DNA of 64,000 nucleotides, taken from a virus (lineage: Duplodnaviria > Caudoviricetes). A program made the position numbers and the translations under genes. Positions 8,685 through 16,752 of the stretch are shown here, in pieces; the stretch's first letter is position 1; every line of letters begins with the position of its first letter. The stretch is taken from IMG/VR virus record IMGVR_UViG_3300043406_000028, positions 1 to 64,000 of that record, one strand, 5' to 3'. Under the pieces are notes generated by a model that was given only the letters and a program-made list of their open reading frames with translations, was not told where the DNA came from and searched no databases.

Positions 8685-8759
8685 CGACAGGCTCGTTTTG
8701 CGGTCTGTTTCTTGCGGTTAACTACGATCCGTGGCCGGTATTTCGGCGTCCTTAGATCC

Positions 8760-9005
8760 TTATGGATGGGACTGCGCTTCATGTCCCTTCCCCTTGAATT
8801 GAATGACGTTGGTGTAATCCGTAATCTTTATTGTCTGAGCTATTGGCTTGGCCCAATAAGCCTTGATGCAATCATCGGAAAAATGCTGGTGGTGGCCATA
8901 AGCACAGAAGAATCCGATCTTTGAGGACTTCAATGCGGTCTCGCACAGTTCATCAGGCAACCACATTTCGCATTTACAGACTGGGCAATTATTGACCTTC
9001 TTCAT
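8760..9005 (-). CDS. Cys-rich hypothetical protein
   Basis: CPVC and CAYGH motifs. Confidence 0.5.
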   Translation of the reverse strand: MKKVNNCPVCKCEMWLPDELCETALKSSKIGFFCAYGHHQHFSDDCIKAYWAKPIAQTIKITDYTNVIQFKGKGHEAQSHP

Positions 9006-9189
9006 CGGTAATTTCCCTTTCAATGATGCGGCACTCTCCATCGCAATTCTCGCAAAATGCGCCCTTGTCGAAGGTATTCTGCAATACCCATTTTTGGTCC
9101 TGTAAATCCCACTCAGCGTAGGCATCGCATAAAACGTCAGGGCTTCCGCATTTGGCGCAAACCATCATGACGTGACTAGACTTCGGCAT
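8989..9189 (-). CDS. Zn-ribbon hypothetical protein
   Basis: CAKC...CENC pairs. Confidence 0.55.
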   Translation of the reverse strand: MPKSSHVMMVCAKCGSPDVLCDAYAEWDLQDQKWVLQNTFDKGAFCENCDGECRIIEREITDEEGQ

Positions 9190-9502
9190 TTGGCTTCCCT
9201 TTGAGCTTGGCCCAACCGGCGCATTCACGATGAAACCCATCGTCAGTGCTGCGGTGGACACAGAAGAACCGATCCCCGGCCTTTAATGCTTCCGCTAATG
9301 GCGGCCCTTGGAAATGGGTGCCATCAGCGATAATACCTTCGAGTCTGCTGCGCCCAATTATTGGCTTTCTTGTTAGGCAAGTGCAGGATGTTAGGCCTTT
9401 TGTGCCACAGCATTTTGCCCAAGGTTGGCCGTCAGGATGTGGATTGACCATCCAGCCAGAAAGAATATTAAGCTCTTTCGCCGTCACCGGCTTTACTGTC
9501 AT
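9176..9502 (-). CDS. Cys-containing hypothetical protein
   Basis: 108 aa; FFCVH...ECAGW motif; GGAGA SD. Confidence 0.55.
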   Translation of the reverse strand: MTVKPVTAKELNILSGWMVNPHPDGQPWAKCCGTKGLTSCTCLTRKPIIGRSRLEGIIADGTHFQGPPLAEALKAGDRFFCVHRSTDDGFHRECAGWAKLKGKPNAEV

Positions 9503-9635
9503 GATTCTCCCTCCGTTGAGCTAATTTACGGGCTGTAGCCCGCTCCGTTTTCCAAAACCGGCGCTTCAAATATGGACGCAGATGCTTGGCCCATTCACCG
9601 CTGGTGGTGAGCAGGCCCTTCTTTTTGGTGCTCAT
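9468..9635 (-). CDS. Small basic hypothetical protein
   Basis: MSTKKKG...EWAKHLRP; AGGAG SD. Confidence 0.5.
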   Translation of the reverse strand: MSTKKKGLLTTSGEWAKHLRPYLKRRFWKTERATARKLAQRRENHDSKAGDGERA

Positions 9636-9651
9636 GGCGGCTCCTGTGGTT

Positions 9652-9695
9652 CTACTACTTCTTCTTCTCACGAGAGTTCGAAGAAGAAGTAGTAG
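9652..9695. repeat. Hairpin family A copy
   Basis: ctactacttcttctt-ctc-acga-gag-(ttcg)-aagaagaagtagtag. Confidence 0.7.
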
Positions 9696-10107
9696 CCTTG
9701 ATTACTTGTATCAATTTTGCATAATTGGTTAATCCTTGGAGCCTCACAGGATCGTCCTGCATAAGACCAAGCGCGCGATTGCAGCTACCGCATAAAATGC
9801 CTCTCACGATGCTAGTATCGTGGCAATGATCGACATGCGTTTGGTCTAATCTCAGGCTTTTGAGATCAATTCCGCAGCCAGCGCATTTGGAATGCTGTTT
9901 TTCTATTAGTCTCTGGTAATCTTGTGGGGAAAGACCGTATTTATATTTGATACGGTAAAATCGCTGTTTTAGCGGATTTCTCTTGATGCTCGGCCCGGTT
10001 CTTTTGGCATTCCTTTGGCGCTGGTATGCTCTTCGGCATTCCAAGCAGTAACCCGGCTTAAGATCGTGTAATTTCCTACAGTCTTGGTTTGAACATCGTG
10101 TTTGCAT
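9655..10107 (-). CDS. Endonuclease VII-family (homing) endonuclease
   Basis: CAGC...HVDHCHDTSIVRGILCGSCNRALG motif plus N-terminal CxxC region. Confidence 0.9.
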   Translation of the reverse strand: MQTRCSNQDCRKLHDLKPGYCLECRRAYQRQRNAKRTGPSIKRNPLKQRFYRIKYKYGLSPQDYQRLIEKQHSKCAGCGIDLKSLRLDQTHVDHCHDTSIVRGILCGSCNRALGLMQDDPVRLQGLTNYAKLIQVIKATTSSSNSREKKK

Positions 10108-10112
10108 TGCGA

Positions 10113-10154
10113 GTAGTTACTACCGTTTGCGCTGCGTTTACAGTGTGATACAAT
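10113..10154 (+). promoter_or_regulatory. sigma70-like promoter for TerS with upstream GTAG-N3-CTAC palindrome
   Basis: TTGCGC(10127)-16bp-TACAAT(10149) with extended TG; GTAGttaCTAC at 10113-10123. Confidence 0.5.
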
Positions 10155-10159
10155 GTGGC

Positions 10160-10723
10160 ATGGGCCGAATACTCAAGAATCCTCGCCAAGAGCGTTTCGT
10201 GAAGCTCTATCTCCAAGAGATGGCTGTCGGCGGCACAGCGAGTGCGGCCTATAAGAAGGTTTATCATGGGGCCAAGGGCTTCAATTGCGCCAATGCGGGC
10301 GCTCACAATCTACTGAAGAAGCCCCACGTTCAGAGCCGTATCAAGGAAATGCGAATGGACATCAAACGCAAGGCCGATATCACCTTCGAGAAGATTCTCT
10401 CGGACTATCAAGAGGCTATGGACCTTGCGAGAGAAAAGGGCGAGCCAGCCAACATAATCTCGGCAGCCAGAGAACAAGCAAAGCTTGTCGGCCTGTTGAT
10501 TGATCGCAAGGAAGTCGGCTCGGCAGGAGATTTCGAGAATATGGAGAACATCAGTGAGATTCTCCAGGCGGTATCCGACCAAGCTGGCCCAGAGGCTGCA
10601 TTGGCATTAAGCCAAGCATTTCAACTGATTGGCCCAACTGTTGTTATCCAACAGCAAAAGGCCCCCGAGGAAACCCCGGAGGCCCTATTGGATGCTGAAT
10701 CGCCATCTGACGCCGTTAACTAG
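10160..10723 (+). CDS. terS: Terminase small subunit
   Basis: NPRQERFVKLY...AYKKVY...AHNLLKKPHVQSRIKE HTH pattern followed by helical oligomerisation segment. Confidence 0.75.
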   Translation: MGRILKNPRQERFVKLYLQEMAVGGTASAAYKKVYHGAKGFNCANAGAHNLLKKPHVQSRIKEMRMDIKRKADITFEKILSDYQEAMDLAREKGEPANIISAAREQAKLVGLLIDRKEVGSAGDFENMENISEILQAVSDQAGPEAALALSQAFQLIGPTVVIQQQKAPEETPEALLDAESPSDAVN

Positions 10724-10883
10724 AGGCTACAACCTGTCCACCCGAGACAATGTGCCACCAATCGGTTTTTCCGTCCTCTGCAAATGCCTTGGCTAATTCA
10801 AGCGTTGGAAAGCATCCGGCATAATCAAGCCATCCTCCGCACGGATAATAACAATCACCAGCGAATACGAGGAATATCCCCAT
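10716..10883 (-). CDS. Small conserved phage peptide (not in ORF track)
   Basis: Hand translation MGIFLVFAGDCYYPCGGWLDYAGCFPTLELAKAFAEDGKTDWWHIVSGGQVVASS; GGAGGA SD. Confidence 0.55.
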   Translation of the reverse strand: MGIFLVFAGDCYYPCGGWLDYAGCFPTLELAKAFAEDGKTDWWHIVSGGQVVASS

Positions 10884-11144
10884 TAAAATCCTCCGTGGTT
10901 AATCCTCGTGAGGATATGGATAAACTCCGCTCCCATCACGAGAACAACGATAATAACTCCAATGGATAGTCCAAGGGCGGCCATATAGAGATCGCTCTTG
11001 GTATCGCGGTTAAGCCTCATTTGCACTCGCTATTCCAGGTTGTTACGCATTGCCAGAAAGACTTGTCCTTCAAGGCAATAGCCTGTCCAGCGCTTATGAG
11101 AACGTGCGTGTAGAGCCAAAAGCCAAACAAATACACGATAAGTC

Positions 11145-11330
11145 TCATTTCTCCTCCGAAGGAGCTATCGCTCCCTTAAACTTGCCGATTCCAACACGCG
11201 CTTCACTCAATGTAGATACGGCAGTCATGGGATTACCAGGAATACCGTATTGATACCGAATGAGATCACCCTTCGGGGTGATAACCTTCTGCACAACCTT
11301 GTCGTCGTTGCGGTCAAGAACGCGGATCAT
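11145..11330 (-). CDS. Hypothetical protein
   Basis: 61 aa, GGAGGA SD. Confidence 0.55.
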   Translation of the reverse strand: MIRVLDRNDDKVVQKVITPKGDLIRYQYGIPGNPMTAVSTLSEARVGIGKFKGAIAPSEEK

Positions 11331-11359
11331 GTTAGTCCTCCGTGAAAATGAGGGGGCAA

Positions 11360-11392
11360 GCTCACTACTCTCTCCGAAGGAGAGTAGTGAGC
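11360..11392. repeat. Hairpin family A-like copy
   Basis: gctcactactctctcc-gaa-ggagagtagtgagc; on minus strand can form c(UUCG)g loop. Confidence 0.75.
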
Positions 11393-11783
11393 AGGGGGAG
11401 TGCGCGGGCGTCTAGATGAAACCCAGGGCAATCAGGATATTGACGATCAACAGACCGCCAATACCGATGGTTAATCCAGAGGTGACGAGGATGTAGGGCT
11501 TGGCTTCCTGCATGTGATTCTCCTAGAGTTCATTGAGGCTGAAACAGACGGTTTGCCACCAGTTGCCCCAAGTGTCTTGGGCTGGCGGTGTCCACATTTG
11601 AGTCCGCCCTTGGAGGGTGAGGTAACGGAATTTGTAGACATACGGCAGGTCAATGGTGGCATGCATGTGGGTATCTCCTTGAATGTGTTGACGTTTAGCC
11701 TGGAAAGGCTAAGGTATAGCAAGCGTAAGCCATCCAACCGACAGCGGTATAGATGACGGCAATGGCAATCATGACCTTGAGCA

Positions 11784-11966
11784 TCACTCGCTCCATCGCA
11801 TGTGGGCAGGAATCGGACGGAACTTACGATCCATCCAGCGGTCCAATGGCTCATAGCCATCGCCATCTTCGTCGTCATAGACTTCAGGCTCAATCATGGC
11901 AGCCTTACGGCTGATGAACTCACACACTTGGTCGGACAAGAGTTGGCCAATATCGGCCTTAGTCAT
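11784..11966 (-). CDS. Hypothetical protein
   Basis: 60 aa from ATG 11966 with GGAGA SD. Confidence 0.45.
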   Translation of the reverse strand: MTKADIGQLLSDQVCEFISRKAAMIEPEVYDDEDGDGYEPLDRWMDRKFRPIPAHMRWSE

Positions 11967-12002
11967 GGGATATTCTCCGTGGTGGTTGAGAGGGCTTTCG
12001 AA

Positions 12003-12050
12003 CTCTCTCAAAGCGAAGCTAAGAGAGTGAGAAGGAGAGAGATTAGATGC
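12003..12050 (-). promoter_or_regulatory. Repeated leader element (family B)
   Basis: ctctcaaagcgaagctaagagag ... gattagatgc. Confidence 0.6.
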
Positions 12051-12225
12051 GACGGCGCTCACGTTCGAGCATGAGTTCCCACATTGCTTCGCCATCAGGC
12101 TCTGCCTGATAAGCCGCTAGTATCTCGTCATCGGTCATAGACTGATACTCGGGACGAACCACAGTGATAGCCTCGTACAGAGCTTGCATGTCGATCATGT
12201 GCGCCTCTCAAGTTAAGATGATGAT

Positions 12226-12251
12226 GGGCCAGGAGCTTTCGCTCCCAGCCC
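12226..12251 (-). terminator. Hairpin downstream of ArdC-like gene 2
   Basis: gggctgggagc-GAAA-gctcctggccc on minus strand. Confidence 0.55.
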
Positions 12252-12264
12252 GGTTTAGTGTAGC

Positions 12265-12654
12265 TTATGCAATGGCTTGGACAACAGGTTGTCCAGTGAT
12301 TAGTGAGATCGGCATATCAGGAGCAACTTGACCCGAATGGAACAGAGTTCCAACACCCTTAACGAAGATACCATGCTGGCCCTTAACGACACGTTGGCCC
12401 TTCAGCAACCAGCCCTTATAGGTAAGGGCATCAACCCTCGGAACCACAATGAATCCGGCCTTCTTGAAGGCTTTGGCGACTTTCACATCGTTGGTGATCT
12501 GACGGTCACTGAGGCCGTCTTGATGCTTGGGAGTGAACTTGTTTGCAGGCTTGTAGGACGACTGCGGCTTGTGCTTGGCCTTACCCTTCGGGGCATTTAA
12601 TGCGGCAATGACTGCGGCAGTAATCATGGCGATTTGGGCTTGATTGACGGTCAT
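12265..12654 (-). CDS. ArdC N-terminal-like ssDNA-binding protein (copy 2)
   Basis: TYKGWLLKGQRVVKGQHG...LFH; N-terminal Ala/Lys-rich segment also like copy 1. Confidence 0.55.
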   Translation of the reverse strand: MTVNQAQIAMITAAVIAALNAPKGKAKHKPQSSYKPANKFTPKHQDGLSDRQITNDVKVAKAFKKAGFIVVPRVDALTYKGWLLKGQRVVKGQHGIFVKGVGTLFHSGQVAPDMPISLITGQPVVQAIA

Positions 12655-12691
12655 TGGTCGCTCCGTTCGGTTGCCGAGCTTGTCTCTCTGA

Positions 12692-12786
12692 GTAAGCTCT
12701 CAAAGCGAAGCTAAGCGGAACGAAGTGAAGCGAAGAGCTTACGAAGAGAGCAAGTAAGGTGAGTGGCAGATTAGATGTGTGTGTGT
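12692..12786 (-). promoter_or_regulatory. Repeated leader element (family B)
   Basis: gtaagctct/agagcttac 9-bp IR enclosing ctctcaaagcgaagctaag; gattagatgtgtgtgtg follows. Confidence 0.6.
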
Positions 12787-12811
12787 TATCAATAGCTTGG
12801 CCCTTAGATGC

Positions 12812-13007
12812 CACAGTCTTTAGACTGTGAATCCTTCTGACCTACCCTGCCAAGCCTCGCATCTTCATCATTGATGATAGACTAGATGCGCGACCATTGA
12901 CTCAGCGATGACCGCTGATGCGTTCTAGCCTCTTAGGCTAGGGTAGCATGGACTGCTATGGTCTAGCTCACCAGTGCTTGTCCTAAGAGGACAATTCCCC
13001 AAGGGGA
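12812..13007. repeat. Cluster of short perfect inverted repeats in non-coding strand-switch region
   Basis: cacagtc/gactgtg, ctagcct/aggctag, tagca/tgcta, ttgtcct/aggacaa, tcccc/gggga. Confidence 0.75.
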
Positions 13008-13095
13008 GCCGTACTAGGGGGTAGGGGGCGCGTATTGAGGGCGGGCGTGTGTGCTTTTTTATCTGCGTCCACAGACATTACAAACAAAAAATCCA

Positions 13096-13147
13096 TTGAC
13101 TTGTAGTATCTACATTGTAGTATCTACAGATAGATGTAGGAGCTACA
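13096..13147 (+). promoter_or_regulatory. sigma70 promoter overlapped by three TGTAG-N3-CTACA operators
   Basis: TTGACT(13096)-16bp-TAGTAT(13118); palindromes at 13102-13114, 13116-13128, 13135-13147. Confidence 0.8.
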
Positions 13148-13441
13148 ATGAATCTCTGTGAGAAGTGTGGGAAGAACATGGATATTCATGGAAGAGTACA
13201 TCACTGTGTACCTCAGACCAGAACTCACGATAAGGACATCCAGGGGGTCATTGAAATAGACCACAGCTATAAGCATCTGGTCTCACCTACTGAGGTCCCA
13301 CCTACCCCCAAGCAAAAATTACTAGAAAAAAAGAAGGAGGTAATGGCTCGGTTGGGACATCACGATTGTCCAGTATGTGAGGCGAGGCGCAAGCTCAAGG
13401 CTCTCCAGATGAGACGCTACCGGGAGAAGAAGAATGCTTAG
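13148..13441 (+). CDS. Cys/His-containing basic protein, possible regulator
   Basis: CEKC...HHC and CPVC motifs, basic C-terminal helix; directly under the operator array. Confidence 0.6.
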   Translation: MNLCEKCGKNMDIHGRVHHCVPQTRTHDKDIQGVIEIDHSYKHLVSPTEVPPTPKQKLLEKKKEVMARLGHHDCPVCEARRKLKALQMRRYREKKNA

Positions 13442-13709
13442 GATTCCTAGAGACCTGTTGGATGCCGCTATCCAGGCCGTCCAGAAATGTTGCGCTAATG
13501 CAACAGATGTAAGTGGCCATCGTGTAGTGTTTACCGTGACGGATAAAGGGATTGAACACATGATCTGCGGCGGCCTTTCCATTGTGGCTCCTAATGGAGG
13601 GCCGGTAACTCCAGAGGATATTTTCTATGTGGTCGGCTTCGGAGGTAAAGATTTTCAGTCATTCCCTAAAAATAGGGTCCCATCCCACGGAGATAAGACG
13701 GGACCCTGA
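13434..13709 (+). CDS. Hypothetical protein
   Basis: 91 aa overlapping previous stop. Confidence 0.5.
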   Translation: MLRIPRDLLDAAIQAVQKCCANATDVSGHRVVFTVTDKGIEHMICGGLSIVAPNGGPVTPEDIFYVVGFGGKDFQSFPKNRVPSHGDKTGP

Positions 13710-13943
13710 GTTTGTGTTTCGGGAGGAAACAGAGGGATTATGTTTGATTTTTTGTGAAAGATCAACAGTCTAGCGTGGTGTTATCCTTCTCATTTCCGGA
13801 ACTTCCTTGTCCCGCTCGGCCTTCCAGCACTTCTGGCATAGTTCGTGATCGGCCTTGCCTTGCTTGACGCCCTTAAAGCCCTTGCACTTGAACACCACGA
13901 TCTTGCGTCCGCATTCACAGTACCTGCGGGCCATCTGCCCCTC

Positions 13944-14387
13944 CTATGAACAGCCTATTCCCTTAGTTCCTTTCTTACCGTCAGTGAAGACCTTCCAGTG
14001 CCTCCAGCCCTTTGGGCAATGGAACCCCCACTCCCTAACTATAGGGCCTGTGATGAATAGGCTCCAGCACGGCTGATCAATCTCAATCCTATGAGCCGTC
14101 TTGGCCCTGCGGAACTTAAGATTCCCTGCCTTGTACCGGATAGCCGTGGTTACCCCACCAGCCAGGATCGAGTACTCGATGTACTCTCCGTCCAGAAGAT
14201 ACGAAACATTCAGCCATGGATGGTCGTGGAGGGCCTCGTCATCGTCCGAGCGCAGGAATCGATGGAGATAGATATTGAAGAGCGGGTTGCGTGGAATAAC
14301 CCACCACCGTTGCATGTATGGGTTTTCTCTCCCGCCGACCACAAAATCAGGTTCTCTGCTTTGGGAGATCTTCTCAAACCATCTCAT
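13944..14387 (-). CDS. Cupin-fold (cysteine-dioxygenase-like) phage protein
   Basis: LHRF...LHDHPW...L.GEY.E...HRIE...WSLFITGP..REWGF. Confidence 0.7.
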   Translation of the reverse strand: MRWFEKISQSREPDFVVGGRENPYMQRWWVIPRNPLFNIYLHRFLRSDDDEALHDHPWLNVSYLLDGEYIEYSILAGGVTTAIRYKAGNLKFRRAKTAHRIEIDQPCWSLFITGPIVREWGFHCPKGWRHWKVFTDGKKGTKGIGCS

Positions 14388-15382
14388 CGCAGCGGGTCCC
14401 CCCTTCGATAATCCTGCCCAGCTTTTCTGCCAATCAAATTAGGCAAAAGCTTGCAGGGCAGGCCATAGCCTGGACGGATCGAGCCTATGTTCTTCTCGGA
14501 AAAGTTCTCGCCCTTTTTGATATCCGCTATGGCGTAGAGGCTACGCCTGATCTGCTTGGTCGGATTGCCATCCTGCTTGGTATGCTGCATCGCAGCGTAG
14601 GTCTTCTTCACGTCCACCACCATCTCGGCAAATTCCTCGACGCTCATACTGAAGGCATCATCCTCGGACTTGACCCCAGGAAGGTGGCCGAAATGCTTCT
14701 CGATAATACAGGCTCCTAACGCCGTAGCAGCAATAGGAGCCAGACTTCCCTCAGAATGATCCGAAAGCCCCGCCACATTCGAGGGTAGCAGGTCCATAAG
14801 GTGGACGATTCCGCCAAGGTTCGACGTTTCAATAGTCCCTGGATATTCCGACATACAGTGTAGGAATGCGGCCTTTGGTGCCACGGCATGAGCATCGAGA
14901 ATCTCCTGGTCGTTGGCCATTCCAGTCGAGATGATCATCGGCTTGCCGGTCGATGCCGCATACTCGATCAGCGGGATATCCACGATTTCCATGGATGCGA
15001 TCTTGTAGGCCGGACAATCCAGCTTCTCCAGGAAGTCCACGGCAGTCTTGTCGAAGACGGAACTGAACACCGTGATCTTTTCGTCCCTGGCGACCTTGTA
15101 CAAATCCGGATGCCAACTGAACGGCGTGTGCGCGGTCTTGTACAGTTCCCACAAGGTGCGCCCCTTCCACAACCCGTCCTGGACGATGAAATCAGGCTTG
15201 TTCATCTCCATCGTGATCGTATGTGCTTCATAGCACTGGGTCTTAACCGCCGAGGCATTGGCTGCCTTGGCAAGCTTGATCAGCTTTTTGGCATTCTCCA
15301 GCTTGCCGCCGTGATTGCATGAAATTTCGGCTATGCAATACGGAGAATTCTTCGGCCCGATCTTGATCCCCTCGATCTGCAC
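14384..15382 (-). CDS. pseI: Pseudaminic acid synthase (NeuB/PseI family, C-terminal SAF domain)
   Basis: AEISCNHGG, GLWKGRTLWELY..AHTP..WH, YKIASMEIVD, MIISTGMA, GLSDHS, IEKHF, RRSLY..DIKKGE. Confidence 0.9.
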   Translation of the reverse strand: MQIEGIKIGPKNSPYCIAEISCNHGGKLENAKKLIKLAKAANASAVKTQCYEAHTITMEMNKPDFIVQDGLWKGRTLWELYKTAHTPFSWHPDLYKVARDEKITVFSSVFDKTAVDFLEKLDCPAYKIASMEIVDIPLIEYAASTGKPMIISTGMANDQEILDAHAVAPKAAFLHCMSEYPGTIETSNLGGIVHLMDLLPSNVAGLSDHSEGSLAPIAATALGACIIEKHFGHLPGVKSEDDAFSMSVEEFAEMVVDVKKTYAAMQHTKQDGNPTKQIRRSLYAIADIKKGENFSEKNIGSIRPGYGLPCKLLPNLIGRKAGQDYRRGDPLR

Positions 15383-15640
15383 TCAATCCTCCTTCAGGGC
15401 TTTGTCGATTAAAGATTCCCACACCTTAGCAAGCTCTACGGCTGCCAGTGGTTCGTAGCCCAGCATCTCTGGTGTGGGCTCCCGCATTGCCTTGATGCAG
15501 GCCCGCGCGATCATCTTGACCCGACCTTGATCAAGGAAGTCCAATTCGTCATAGGCGGGAGCCCCCGCTGGCTGGTTCTCGCTCCAGATCGCCTTGGCGA
15601 CCTTTTCTACCATCGTTGGGTCAACTGTGATTTCTGTCAT
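15383..15640 (-). CDS. Phage-type hypothetical protein inside sugar operon
   Basis: MVEKVAKAIW...ARACIKAMREPTPEML pattern typical of phage early proteins. Confidence 0.6.
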   Translation of the reverse strand: MTEITVDPTMVEKVAKAIWSENQPAGAPAYDELDFLDQGRVKMIARACIKAMREPTPEMLGYEPLAAVELAKVWESLIDKALKED

Positions 15641-16752
15641 TGCAAACTGTCTCCTACGACTTGAAAAATCTTTCGCATCACCCTTCGCTGCCTGCTTGTC
15701 GGCGAATAAGAACAGACATCGAAGGTCATCAGTTCCTTGTCCTCAAGATTCTCCGCTATCGGATGAACATCCGGGACATCGAAGACCCTATGCAACGGAG
15801 GTGAATACCCCTCACGCATCGGAATTCCGAGGTTAACCAGTCTGGATACAAAGGTATCCCGTGGCCATACCCCAACCTTGGCAGCCCAGATGTAATAGAC
15901 ATGCTTGCAGTCGTGTCTTTCCACAGGAGGCTTAATCTGTGGGAAGTCCTTGACCATATCGGTCATCTCAAGCGCCAGTTCGCGCCTGCCCTCCACAATC
16001 CATGGCCCCTTGCTCAATTGGGCGACGGCCAGGGCAGCAATCGGCTCTGTCATGCGGAGGTTAAGCCCCATGATTCCGGGCCTCAGTTCCCCGTGGTTTA
16101 CGGCATCCTTGATCTTGAGGGCGAGGTCAGAGTCGTTGGTAACGACGACGCCTCCCTCGCCTGTCTGGATATGCTTATGAATATTAAGACTGAATACGCC
16201 AATGTCGCCGATAGTACCGCTATAAGCATCACGGGCCTTGGCGAAAGGCGCTTGGGCATTGTCCTCGATCATCCATACTTTGTTGATCCGGCACCACGAA
16301 CGAATCTCCTGGAGGTATGCAGGATGCCCGAACAGGTTAGTGACGATGACAGCCTTCGGCTTCTTACCTCCTGGGAGGTTGAGCATGTTGATCGAAAAGG
16401 TTTTTGGCTCAACATCTATGAAACGTACCTCTGCGCCAAGCACCTTTGCACATGCCGCCGTCGCGCTCATGGTGTAGGTTGGAGCCCACACAAGATCTCC
16501 AGGTCCGATTCCGACCGCAAGGCAGGCAGCCAGCAATCCTGATGTACCCGAGTTGCAGGGAACGGCATGCTGACAACGGAAGGTTGACTTCCATTCATCA
16601 GATAGGCGCTCGACCCAATAACCACCGCGATGGTCACCGCCGAGGTAAGCACTAAAAGGGCGAGCGAGGGTAGAGAGTACATATCGGCGTTCCAAGTAAT
16701 TCCTGGTTTCGAACGGAGGTAGAACTCCAAGCTTACGTCTCAATTGGTGCAT
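15637..16752 (-). CDS. DegT/DnrJ/EryC1/StrS PLP sugar aminotransferase (PseC-like)
   Basis: NSGTSGLLAA, IEDNAQAP, GVFSLNIHKHIQTGEGG (catalytic Lys). Confidence 0.9.
   Translation of the reverse strand: MHQLRRKLGVLPPFETRNYLERRYVLSTLARPFSAYLGGDHRGGYWVERLSDEWKSTFRCQHAVPCNSGTSGLLAACLAVGIGPGDLVWAPTYTMSATAACAKVLGAEVRFIDVEPKTFSINMLNLPGGKKPKAVIVTNLFGHPAYLQEIRSWCRINKVWMIEDNAQAPFAKARDAYSGTIGDIGVFSLNIHKHIQTGEGGVVVTNDSDLALKIKDAVNHGELRPGIMGLNLRMTEPIAALAVAQLSKGPWIVEGRRELALEMTDMVKDFPQIKPPVERHDCKHVYYIWAAKVGVWPRDTFVSRLVNLGIPMREGYSPPLHRVFDVPDVHPIAENLEDKELMTFDVCSYSPTSRQRRVMRKIFQVVGDSLQ

Noticed and set aside
10750-10780. Apparent frameshift in the small ORF 10716-10883
   Set aside because: Recounting the A5 run puts DWWHIV in frame; no shift needed
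7291-11392. N4-type virion RNA polymerase hairpin promoters
   Set aside because: GAA triloops are suggestive, but stems are much longer than N4 promoters and no vRNAP-sized polymerase gene is visible
12870-12930. Hammerhead or other self-cleaving ribozyme
   Set aside because: ctgatg present but no complete CUGANGA...GAAA core with flanking stems
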